A DNA stretch of 55,346 nucleotides, filler included, from Sphacelaria rigidula (Eukaryota), in the NCBI GenBank assembly GCA_964200075.2. It is 6 parts of 6 records of this genome, joined end to end, with 100 filler letters (N's around TTAATTAATTAA, not from the genome) between each part and the next. Parts side by side here need not be neighbours in the genome. Positions count along the whole stretch, not along the records: positions 18,485 to 27,625 come from CAXNAA020009199.1; positions 27,726 to 36,866 come from CAXNAA020009200.1; 4 more parts are not named here. The stretch is one strand, 5' to 3'. Within the stretch, counting starts at the first letter, position 1, and each line of letters begins with the position of its first letter. Below, in pieces: positions 23,578-35,200 of the stretch. A program made the position numbers and the translations under genes. The notes below the pieces were generated by a model. It made no database searches. It was not told the DNA's origin and saw only the letters and a program-made list of their open reading frames with translations.

Positions 23578-26041
23578 GAAAATACCTGATTGAGCGGGTA
23601 CGGTAGGTATTGAAACCTCGGAATACCGTGGTGTCGTCCGTATCGTGGGTATGCGTTTTAAACACACCTGATTGAACGGGTACGGTAGGTACTAGTATCT
23701 CGAAATACCGTGGTATCGTAGGTATCGTTGGTATGAGTTTCGAAAATACCCAATTGGGTCGGTATCGGTAGCGCATGATCTCTTCCAAATATCAGTACCG
23801 GGTACCTGCCTTACCCTCTATACCAATTTCAAAACTGTCATCCGGCAGCAGTGCGGAGAAGCGTTTCAGGGCGTATCTTGACACTTTTTTTTTCGAACGA
23901 AAAAAGGGGTGGTGGAATTGATCTGAACGAAAATCGCTCGGTTTTGTCGAGTTGGGTCCAAGCGAATTGTCAAGCTTTCGATCGAGAAAGACGGTGAAAT
24001 TCGTGAAACGGCACGTGGTCACTCGTGTACAGTACAGATAGTGTGTCTGCAGGAAGCAGGGTGTCTTCAGTGCGTTCGTGCGTGTTTCGTACAGTATAAT
24101 TTCAAGAGAAGCGGGCAACGTGCAGTGCAAACAGCCCAGGACAATCTGTTCTCTCTGCTTACAGTACAATGCGACGTGAAAAGGACTTCAACAACGAGCA
24201 GCTTTGTACTGCCTGCACTGTCCATGAGCGTGTAGGCAAACTTGGTTGCCCACAGTACCACACAGTTTCGTCGCCAACAAAAACAAAGCATACCCAACTA
24301 CTGCGCAGTGTATCTATCCCTGTGCTCAACTCATACACGATGCTGCAGGGTTGCGGTGGTAGCTGAGAATGAGTTGGATGGAGTTAGCATGGCTTTGCGG
24401 GTGTTATCTGGCGTACGTGGTGGTCTGTAAGATACGAGTAAAGTTCCGTTTCGTGCCTTTCGACCGCATGTTTTCGATCGAAAAAGCTTAGCTTTTTTGT
24501 TTTGTAGTTTTTTATACGCGCGCCGCCAGTTACAAAGTTGAGTTGAAGCCTTCTACGAACAGAAATGCGATGGACCAATCAGATCGAAAAATAAAATCGG
24601 CCGCACTTCAGAATACATAATAATAAGTTCGGTCGAAGGAAACTTGGACGTCAGACCCCGAAAAACGTTCAAAAAGTCACAACTCAAAAAACCGCCTCCA
24701 TCGAAAGTTGCGTGATGACCCTCAGCACATTTTCGCAAAGGTTTAGGATCTAACTCCTGTAAACGGCGTGAGTTTGTGCGCGTTTGTGCCATGACGTGAG
24801 CTTGGAACGTTCAAACTTCCACCTACTTTCATAGCACTGTAAAAGTGTACTTACTCGGGTGAATTTCATGTCCAGGCGAGAAAAACTGTGATGATATTTT
24901 CGAGTTTCTTTACCAAACTTTGCACATATGTTCCTCGGACTACCCCGGGACGTGTCAGTTTTCTTCTCGTTTGAGGCGTTATGTACCGCCTTCCGGGGGT
25001 CTTCACACTGGCACCGCCGGAAGTCGGGAAAGAACGAAGAAACTAACATTCTCGAGAAAACAATTTCTCCATCTGGAGCATCAATACCTACGAACTGCCA
25101 AGTTTGAGGGCGATCTGAGCTTTTCTACGACAGATGTAAGGAAACAGTCACGAGGCTCTCTGGGTCTCTTGTGCGTATCAGTGGAAATTAGACAACAAAC
25201 CCCAACCTCACCAAAACACCACGATTTCGGGTATAATTCGACCCCGGAGTACCCCGTCCTCCAACGAAGGCTATGACCGGTCTTGCCGGAACGGCGTGGA
25301 GAGCGTATTTTCGGCGGGTGTAGGGCCAGAATCACCTTCAAGGAGTAATTCCATCTAACTACCACCCTTGGCCAAGGCTGTGGTGTGGTACTAGAGTTGG
25401 GTCAGCACGGTGCTTATCAGGCACACCCACCGCTGTTGCAGTGCAGCGGTATAATATGTCACACGTGCGGGCACATCCTGCGTTACAAACAGTATAACGT
25501 GTCAGCGCCCTGAGTGCGGGCACGTTGGGATACGGTGTGTGCGCGGAGGCAGATGACACCGCTGTCGAAAGCTGGCACGCACACCCTTGATACAAAGGAG
25601 CGTGTGCCGGTGTGTAGACTGGTTTCGGCGACAAGGATGGGGGAGGAGCGGTCGTCGACGGACGGGTTAGGTCTGGTTGAGCCTCCTGGACGAGACACCA
25701 ACTACAGACCAGCACCAGAGTGCATAAAGAAGGAGGAAGTATTTCACCACGAAAGGAAGCAGAGGGGGGACTGTATGGGATCATGGACACCGGCGAGGAT
25801 AGGCAATTGGGTTGGCCACGGACGCTGTTGAGGACAGATGGGAGCGTCAGGAGGTTAACTTCGAAGAGGACCTTGCAGCGGAGAAGATCAGAGCTGGCGG
25901 CAACTTTCGTTGAGGGCGGGATATTATCTTCATGTCGGGTTCTTGATAGTTGTTTGCTGTGGATACTACATACAGATGATATCCCATCTTTTCGTGGTTG
26001 AATATAGAACACTCTGAACAGATTCTCTTCTTTGCTAATAG

Positions 26042-26450
26042 CACTATGCCGTGCGTAGACTAGACATGCCCTGTCTGTCGTGTTTCCATAACGATGCCAC
26101 TTGACTAGAACCCGATGGAGATCGTAGTTGCTGGCTTGCCCTCCTCGTTTCTATCCGCCCTTCGTTATTTTGTTCTTGTTTTGTTGTTTTATCTTCCTAT
26201 CTGACGCCGTTCAGTCTGCGGTGCGTAGGCTCTGTAGAGGATCTCTTTGAACAGGATTCTAGACAGAAGATCTGTTTTGGGATTGGTATCTGTTCTACGC
26301 GACCGTTTAGGTTATCGGCTTACTCGCTGTTACTACTCGGTGTATACACCAGTACGTGGCAAGCTAGTCGGAGAGATCGCACGCGGGGACTTTGTTTATT
26401 CCAGTAGGTCTCCTGTAGTTCACTCGGTCTTCTACGGATCTATCGTAGTG
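26042..26450. mobile_element. 409-bp non-autonomous CACTA (EnSpm)-like element
   Basis: Termini CACTATG..CGTAGTG with an exact 3-bp TSD, TAG (26039-26041 and 26451-26453). Confidence 0.7.
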
Positions 26451-27479
26451 TAGGTGCCCTTTTTCGTGTAGATGTTTTGCTCCTTGCCTTCTTCTGCGGG
26501 CTGTTTGATTTATGTGTATGGTTGGCAAGCTCCTTGCATTCTGTGACCACAGGTTTGAGAGGTCGAGCTAATGTGACCAACATAATAATCAAAGTAACCG
26601 TTTTCAAATCTGTTTTTTTTTCCGTTAGATTCCCGAGCTGATGTGAACATTGAGTGAACGTTGGGCTTGGAACCAAGGGTCTGTCGAGAGAAAAAATTCG
26701 GACACGGAGCCCCCCCCCCCCGTCCCGGAGGGCAATTTTTCGAAAATTGTCAAGAATCTTGTGATTTTTTTGTGATTCCTTTGTTTTTGTTCTTGAAATA
26801 CTGACAAAAACAGAAAAGTCTGGCGGGCTTTGCGAGGTTCGTGTACTTGCTTCTGCTCCTTGCCCGCCCTGCCTCGATGACCTCGGATGCCGGCAACGCT
26901 CACACACATCTACAGTATGTACAATACACGAGCGCACAGCAGCGACAGACTGAAGGCAAAGCAGAAATATTATCTCACGCCTCGCCAAATTTTCCCGGAC
27001 TACCAGTGGTAGGTAGTCGAGGCACACGACACGCAACATGATCCCATGAATGTAATCATGGTAGGTGATGAGCTTGGAGGGGCGGTGTGCCCGTCATCTC
27101 AGCGGTTTCCATGCCAAGAATCTCTGTACGCGGCAGCTGACCGCATCCGCCAACGCCTCGGCAATAAACTAGGGGACAGCAGGCTGGGTGTCCCCCCCCC
27201 CTCAGAAACTCGAATTTTGATCTTGGGACCTACGTGTCCCGAAATATATTTCTGACAGACCCTTGTTGGAACTCAAATTTTTCTATTTCAGGACAATTTG
27301 AAGGGCGCTGATTGGTCGAGGTACCTTTTCGCCCTCAGCGCCACCACTGGGGCCTTTACCACCAATCCGGGCATGCCACGCTCTTCAGCTGTCCATGGCG
27401 GTCAGTATGACATCTTGTATGCAACTATTGGATAAATATTGCGGGAGGCGTTTGCTGATGACACAAATTTGCGTAATTA

Positions 27480-27625
27480 GGTCGGATGCTATGGCACACA
27501 GAGTTTTTGCCCACGGATTGTCCACTTTTGGAACGTTTGAGCCACTTTTTGACCCCCAAACAGGGAAAATTGCCAACACACGTCTTGGACACTTTGCATC
27601 ACCCCACAGAGAGGAGCCTAGCCCA
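27480..27625. mobile_element. Left arm of the palindromic PIF/Harbinger-like MITE, cut by the linker
   Basis: Closely matches 46406-46550 (gacccccaaacagggaaa..ccaacacacgtct.ggacactttgcatcaccccacagagaggagcc). Preceded by TTA. Confidence 0.8.
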
Positions 27626-27725
27626 NNNNNNNNNNNNNNNNNNNNNNNNNNNNNNNNNNNNNNNNNNNNTTAATTAATTAANNNNNNNNNNNNNNNNNNN
27701 NNNNNNNNNNNNNNNNNNNNNNNNN
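27626..27725. other. Artificial concatenation linker
   Basis: N44-TTAATTAATTAA-N44. Confidence 0.99.
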
Positions 27726-28029
27726 GTCCCCCCGCACTTGTCCTCCGCCATTCCATACAGTACAGTTTCAGCTTGAGCCCTCGCCTGAATCCTCGCCATC
27801 GCGCGGGAGAAAATTTTACCTCTTTCCCACGCCAGCGTTTTCTCCAGTTCCTCTGCCGCCGATGCTAGCTCGTTCCGGTCGGCTGCCGCTCTCGTCGCAC
27901 TGCGCGTGCGACCTGCCATTTGTGGAGGCAGAGACAATTCATCGTCAAGTGCAAGACGGCGTAGCTCCGCCCTTGGGATTTCGGGAGCTCCACCGCCCCC
28001 CCGTCGTTGCGCTCGGGGGTGTCTACGGT

Positions 28030-28318
28030 TGTCGGTGTTGTTACTGTCGGCGTTGGCGGCGGCGTTGTTTCTGTCGGCGTTGTCGGCGGCGATGTTGCTG
28101 TCGGCGGCGGTGTTGCTGTTGGCGGCGATGTGACTGTCGGCGGCGACGTAGCGGTCGGCGGCGGTGTTGCTGTCGGCGGCGACGTGACTGTCGGCGGCGA
28201 CGTAACTGTCGGCGGCGACGTAGCTGTCGGCGGCGATGTGGCGGTCGGCGGCGATGTGGCTGTCGGCGGCGACGTAGCTGTCGGCGTCGATATGGCGGTC
28301 GGCGGCGATGTGGGCGGC
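28030..28318 (-). repeat. 18-bp coding minisatellite, (PPTATS/PPTVTS)n, ~15 units, in the copia INT-RT linker
   Basis: gtcggcggcgacgtagct-type units, in frame in ORF 27865-28923. Confidence 0.9.
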
Positions 28319-31300
28319 GCTGATCCGCGGGGATCAATGAGGTGCTGGACAGGGTTGCGTAAAATCCCGCGCCCCCCCCCGCCAATAGCGGGGGTCTGTT
28401 GTGCCGCGTCTGCGTTCAGCTCTGAACTGGGGAGCAAGAACGACACGTGACGTGAAACGCGGGGTGAAGCACGCGCCACCGGAGTTTGCTGTTCCGCGGA
28501 CTCGCTGCCGGCCGTCCCTCCCTCGATCTTGTCATCCCTCGCTCCGTCGGGCGTCGGGATCACTTGTTGTGGGGTGGGGAGAGGAGTAGGGGGGACATAC
28601 GCCCATGTTACGTGCCTGGTCGTAATAGTTTGTCCTGTTTCCGTCATCACTGTCATAGCATCGCGCGGGTATCCTGGGGCTGGGCTAAGATACCAGCACC
28701 TCTGAGCCTTTCGTTGTAACTTGTCTGTCCTTTGAACCCTACAAAACCCAGGCTTTAGAAAAGGAAGAAGGTTGTATTCCGGTGGTAATCCGTGCCACAT
28801 TTCGTGTGGCGTCTTGTTTCCCGGGTTAGCCGAGGTCGCAGTACAGTTCAAAGCATTGCATGCCCAGTTAGCTTGTTCCGCCCACAGATTCTTGCTTGTT
28901 GGGATATTCTGGTTCGGGTACATCTCTGATGCCTGAATTCTGGCTGCTGCAAGGCCGGCCGACTCTATGATGCCAATTGCCCGCTCCGCTACGCCGTTGA
29001 ACTGTGGGGAGTCAGCAATCGTTTTCTCTTGCTTTATTTATCACATAGCTCCTCGAACGCCCCCTCCGAAAATTCACCTCCACCATCACGGCGGACCTTC
29101 TCGATTTTTCGCGGGTGGATTTCTGCGATGTACTTACTAAAGTACCATACGGACTCGTCCTTTGTGCGCAGAAAAAACAATCTAGTGTGCCGCGAGCAAT
29201 CATCGCGTACTATCATCATGTATGACTTTCCTCCCCGAGATCTAACTGGTTCTGGGCCTGTGAGATCAACAAACACTCTGGAAGCTGGCTCAACTGCTCG
29301 TGTATGGGTCGATCTTGGGATGGGCTGCCGAAGTCCCTTTCCTTCCGAGCATCCTCGGCACGGTCTCAACTCGCCGCGCAGCTCCACTCCGAGCTTCTTT
29401 GCAGTCCGCCGGAGCAGATCCTCGTGAACGTGCGCGTGTTTGTAATGGAAATTGTTTATGTCTTCAACTTGGGTGTTGGGAAGTTTCCCCGGGGCAATCA
29501 CAGCGTATGCTGACGCATGCTTGCCATGACCATTCGGAGAGATGCGGTGGGCGTACATTAATAGTTGTCTGTGTTGACCGGGGATTTTCAGGGTATTGCC
29601 TGACTTCTACTCAACCCGGAAGCCATCACTAGACCCAATGAAGGTGTGACCCGCGTTGGACATTCTGGTCAGTGACAACAGATGGTGACGGAGACAAGGT
29701 GCGTGGTGTACATTTTTCAAATGCAAGACTATATCGCGTCCGTCAGATCGTAAAGATAGAGCCAAGTTTCCTCTTCCTACGATCGGGTAGGTACCACCGC
29801 CCGCACACCGTAGTACCCTTCCACCGCATTTTCTATAGTCCGTCATTTTACTTGAATCAGGAGAAAAGTGCGAAGTGTCCCCCGTGTTAAGTACCCACGG
29901 TTCGCCCCCATCTGACTGCTCTACATTCCCCTTCCCAGTTGCAAACGCATACTCGCCTGTGTTGACCTCGTCCACCGTCATGTCGAGGCTAGTGAACGCT
30001 TCTGCATCAGCATCCCAACAGACGGAGTCGTCGTCCACCACGTCTTCCGCCACGCCCATCACAATCGCCGCGTCCTCCACACTCGACGCGTCCTCCACAG
30101 TGCTCTGACAGTCAATCAAACTATGTCCTTTTTTCCCGCACCCAACACAACGCCTGTCTGGACAGTCTCTCGCCCGATGTGTGGTCATTTTCTGACAAAC
30201 GTGGCACCTCCACGGCGTCGCAGCCCCCGACTGGCTCGTTGGCGATGAAGCCGGCGACTGGTTGTTTTTGCCCTGCCCCCCGTCACCTGCGCGGCCTGGG
30301 TTCTGGGTCTTTCCCGGTTTACCTTTCCGGTGTGAACCGTTAGGTTTTCCGGGATGGCCCTTCACAGCAAGGACCTGGTCGCCCGGGGAAGCCTTCTTCC
30401 CCTTGGCGAGTTCCTGCTTTAAAACTGTCGGTTCGAAACGTTTTTGAACCGACGTCACTACGACTTCCCTCGTGAGTGGACCTTCGCGCTCCTCCAACGC
30501 CTGTTTTCGGTAGTTATACTCGTAAGGAAGCGCATTGACAAATTTTAGGAAGGTTTGCGCCTCCGTCAGGATGATGTTGGAGTCGTGTGATTGTAACTCT
30601 CTCGCCACCTCTACCATCTCGATTAGGTTTTGAACAGGATCATCGCGAACTCCAATCTTCACGTGATCATACTTTTCTAGAAGAGCTAATCTAGCTCCGT
30701 TGGTCTTGGGGCTGTAGAAATCATTTAACTCCCGCCACACGGCTGCTGGAGACGGAATTTGGAACAAAACATCCCGGCCCCGCTTATGTTCGAGACTCGC
30801 CGCCAGCATTTGCCTCGCTCTCACGTTTGCAGCTCCAGTGCCCTTTCCGTGCCTTGCTTCAAGATAACTTAGGGATAACGCTTTGTTTCCCACCTCCACA
30901 TCGTATGCCCTATTTGCTGACATAGTGAACATCCAATCAACTGCTTCACTTCTTGCAAACATGATTAGTTCATGACTGTAGTGGTTGAATTCTGAACCCT
31001 TTCCAGAGAACTTAGGTACAGTTGCCTTGAAAACCGGGACCCCAGAAAATTTTGGACACTTTGTCGGTCGTGACCGAACATTGCGACGGACTCACTTGCG
31101 GGGTCTACATCCCTTGCTCCGTCGCTTGCTGTCCTGTGGTCGCTCCCGCTCGGAGCTCCCTGCTCTCCCTCTCGGCTACGTCTTCGGCCTTGAGGTGTGC
31201 TTTGGTTGGCTGCGCTGTCAGCCCGGTGTTGTTGTGTTGCTTGATCTTCTTCGCTCTCGACGACGCCACTCCTCCTCGCGCCTCCGAATTCTCGATCTTC

Positions 31301-31486
31301 GATGCCATCTACCCTACCCTGTATTCCAGTCTGTGTAGGTTGTACATATTTTACCATCTCTGTCAGTGTGTTAAACTGACCACTGGACAGACTCATCATA
31401 GTTTCAAGCTGACTCGTGAGCCCGTCTAATCTTTCTTCTGAAGACGGAGCGTTACCATCGTTCCTAGCCATACTTGCCCAATCGAT

Positions 31487-31770
31487 TGATCACTAGTGTA
31501 TTCCTTGGCTCAGGCTCAGGGTAATGGTTTCAGATCTTTTATTGGAGAGCACCCAAGTTCTACTACAATTTGGGAGAGTGCTGATGAGATGGAGGTAGGT
31601 GAATGAGAATAAACGAGGGTGGCGGACTGCTCCGCTGCTCTCAGCCGTACTGTACCACATTTGCACACACTTGACTGTCGGTACTCGTACGTCACCCCGA
31701 CCCCCGGTTCTACGTAGATCCAGCATTACTGGGTATCTGAATCACTCGAACATCAAGGTCCCACATATCA
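31487..31770 (-). repeat. 5' LTR of copia A (~284 bp)
   Basis: Minus-strand termini TGAT..ATCA, an internal AATAAA, and an end 15 nt upstream of the gag ATG. Confidence 0.65.
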
Positions 31771-31833
31771 CTGTGGATATACTCCCGCAATATTGCGTTG
31801 GTCATACCTATCGAACGGCAACGATTCGGGGGT

Positions 31834-32204
31834 GAGTCATGCCACGGTAGGGTTGCACAGAATCTTTCTCGGTTATTAACAGTCAAGTTGAGCCCATCAT
31901 CTTATCCAGAAACGACGTATCACGTATGTGAGAGCGAGCTACGATATGCATTCCAGTCAGTGGTCTGGGGATCGCTTGCACGTATTTGGGGAAGGCATGC
32001 CTGTTCAATACAGTTGATCTACGAACAGAAGCCAGAAGCATGAGCGGGGACATTACGGGGTATTCGATTATTCTGGCAAGGTTACTGACAAATTGTTCCG
32101 AATTCCTATATTTCGGGAATTGCATCGCGGTTCTTGCGACACTGTAGAGTTTAGATCGTTGGCTATCGTGACAGGGTAGTGCTCTACGCCCTACGCCCTT
32201 ACTC
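31834..32204. mobile_element. Sola-like MITE between the two copia 5' ends (right end degenerate)
   Basis: The left end gagtcatgccacggtagggttgcaca is nearly the exact reverse complement of the right TIR at 54940-54966. Candidate right end ..ccctacgcccttactc. Confidence 0.5.
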
Positions 32205-35200
32205 ATGTTCCTCACCTCTCTTCAACCAAATTCCTACGTTTGGATAGTAATAATAGAGACTTACAATACATCATCTTCTTCTTCCCAGGTACTGCAAGCG
32301 GGCAGTAAGCTATTTGAGCACACAACAAGGGGCTGCTGTTGCTGGGAGGTCATCTTATCAACACGATCATTCGAATACGTTAGGGTACAAGTTCGAACTT
32401 GGATCGTTGCCCTGAGATGACTGATCAAGACAGCGGCGTGGAAGAATTGAGGGTGCTGCTCAAGGCACAGACAAGGACCTTGGTAGAAAGGCTGTTACGC
32501 GTCGAGGCTGCAAGGAAAACAGAGGCGGAGGAATTGAAAGGTCCGTCAGTGGAGGTCAACCATCGTATCTCGATGATGCTACGGGCGTGAAGCGGGCAGG
32601 GTCTGTTTCCGGTCGTAGAGGCGGAGTCACCACCGATAGCCTGCTACCAGCTGTCGGTGAGGTCGGGAATGCGTCAAAGCTAGTATTCCCAAGTTAGGAG
32701 GACGAATTATGGAAAACACGATTTGAGGGTTTTGCTTTATCCAACGATTGTATGCAGGTCTTCAGTACGACAATTGATGTGCCCGTGGATGACCCCTCAG
32801 TTAGTTCACAGTTTTTGGCTGACCAAGGTTGTAGTGGGATAAGCATAAGACGAGCACGTATTGCTTGGACACTATCGACAGAGAGTATCACGGACCGTGA
32901 ATTATTAAGTAAGATATTTGACACAAACTCCCCGAGTGCAGGATCGCGCCTTTTATGTAACTGGTTTCTCCCCAGAACTCTCTCGGAAAAATCGAAGTAG
33001 AAACGCCTTTTCAACGAGTTACGGGTGAAAACGAAATAGAGGTCCGATGAAGATTTTCATGCGCCTGGATATGAATCGGGGTGTATTTGTTTCACTAGGG
33101 GTGGATAAACCTGGTGAAGATGTTGACCTCAGGATATTTGAGGTACTCACAAGTGACTACGAGTACGAACAGCGTACAATCTTGTACAGAGACGTCAGAA
33201 CCCCGGCAGAGATAGAGGCTATGGTAGGACAGAGGTACACGCTTATGTCAAGGAATGGTACGTGGAACCGTGACGGTGGACAAGCTCTCGTTACGAGCAA
33301 GTCCACCCGCCACAATCGCAATCAAGACGGCGCCGAGGGTGGTGCCAAAGGTGGTAGGAGTGTTCCCGGTGGTGCTGCAGCAGATAAGAACAACCAAAAC
33401 AGCAGCACCAAAAACGTGGACAAGAAGTACGACGACATGCGAAACAAGTGCAATCGTTGCTTAGAGCCAGGACACCGATGGTTTGACTGTACTGCACACG
33501 TCACCCTAGCCCTGAAACAATCACAGGGTTGCTCTGGTGATATCATAGCGTGTTTGTCGATTGGTATGCAACAAAGTAAGGAGGATACGAGGGGAATGCG
33601 TAATAGCAGTAATGATGGCATTGACAGGTAGATAGCTGATAGTGGAGAACATTTCATATGACGAAACCAGCAGATATGCTCTGTGATGTGCAACCATTTG
33701 GAGACAAAGTTAAGATCGGTAATAATATCCTCATCGACATTGAGTGTTATGGGTAACTGACCTTAGTTTTCCCCAACCGTGCTGGAGGAGAAATAGTAAG
33801 GCTTGAGAAGGTCGCATGCGTACCGGGTTTAGCTTTCAATCTATTCTCACTAGTGGCTGCGCACACTAGAGGAGTAGGCTTCTCGACTGATGACTCCGAC
33901 AAGAGTGTGATCCTACTATGTGAGCGTCTTAGGTTTTGGAAGGATGGGTCTGGATACTCAACGTATGGTAGAAGGATTGATTCCGGTGATGACTACATCC
34001 CCTCTTCCTTGTTGGTTCCCGAGTCTATTGAAAATTCAGTGCAATTCGACCCCTCTGTTCCCCTGGCGTTCCCTGTTATAGCCCCCGGTAGTGCTGACCC
34101 ACGCGAGACTGTGGTAGACATCAACGTTTTCCACCGCGTACAGGGACATGCAAACGAATCTCTATTGAGAGACACAACAAAATTGCTAAGTATAGAGTTA
34201 CTTGGTAGCTTGAAGCCGTGTACAGGATGTTATATGACAAAGGGGTGCAGGGAACCAATCGAAAACAGCACGAAACCTCGTGCTTCACTGAAGCTAGGAA
34301 GAGCTTTTCTTGATTATAGCAGTCCTAAGGGAACTCCTTCGTCGATTGGGAAGAAGAGTGTGTAATTACAGTGAAGGACGATTTTACTCGCTACACAGGG
34401 GTATATTTTCCCGAGCGTAAGTCTGATACCGCTGATGCTTTCACGAAGTTTTCCGTTGATGTACGTGCGGACGGTGTACCTTCGGAAGTGACAATTGTTA
34501 GGTCTGACGACGGCGGGCAGTTTTTCGGTGGTGATTTTGAAGAAGTGTGTAGGCAGTACGGTATCAAGCAGAGATTCACCAGCGCGAAGTGTCCGGAACT
34601 GAACGGCGTTGTCGAGAGAGCTGTAGGTATCATTCAAAACGCCGCGCTTGCTGCTCGTATCCAAGCCCCCATCCTCTTTCAACATGATTAAGCTGCGATA
34701 TATTGAGCGTGTGACGCCTCCATTCACACCGCGATGACGTCCAACCCAGGGAACAAGTCGCCACACGACATGTGGTACGGTAGGGCAGCACCTGCACCAC
34801 CACACCCGTTTCTTCCTCCGGGATATTGCCGCTGGAACCGACCGTCAAAGTCGTTTCCCAAGTGCGAGAGTAGCATTTACCTCGGGCCCGGCATCGACCA
34901 CCCCCGCGATTCATTGCGCATGCTGACGCGGGCCAATAAAGTAGTGGAGACAGGGGACGTCACCTGAGAGGCGCCACCGGTCATGGTGGTGCCTCCGGTA
35001 CAGCTACAGCAGTCAACTTCGCCAAAGCGGGCAGGAGCATCGGAGCTGGGAGAGACTCCAGAGCCGAGAGGACTCGATAATTTCAATTTTTTTCCACCGA
35101 CTCCATTACCGCTACTGGGCAGAGGAATTCGCCATCAGCGCCGAGTGACATTTTCAACGAAGAGCGCAGACCATGGTGGTGAGGGTGAGCGGGGTTCTCT

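Larger units (their letters stand above)
21601..23820. mobile_element. Non-autonomous element built on GGTAT/GGTAC repeats, split by a nested hAT-like element
   Basis: ggtatcgtaggtatgagttt(t/c)ga(c/a)aata units occur on both sides of 21699-23577. Loose TAG..CTA inverted ends (tagtaggtgaggtaccgtacc / gtaccgggtacctgccttaccctcta). Confidence 0.5.
27726..31770 (-). mobile_element. Ty1/copia element A (5' LTR, gag, protease, integrase; RT beyond the linker)
   Basis: gag ATG at 31471; two knuckles (CHVCQKMTTHRARDC, CVGCGKKGHSLIDC); degenerate protease WVLNTGDTSHF; GAG-pre-INT (FHYKHAHVHE, CRGC); integrase (VDLTGP, RDDCSR, RRDGGGEF). Frameshifts at ~30963, ~29600 and ~29030. Confidence 0.93.

Noticed and set aside
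25359..27039. ~200-aa minus-strand ORFs (25359..26012, 26440..27039)
   Set aside because: No recognisable motifs or exon structure, they overlap repeat boundaries, and they do not encode the Psf3 N-terminus.
27862..28450. Arg/Cys-rich (protamine-like) and Val/Gly-rich ORFs on the plus strand
   Set aside because: They are antisense readings of the 18-bp minisatellite in copia A.
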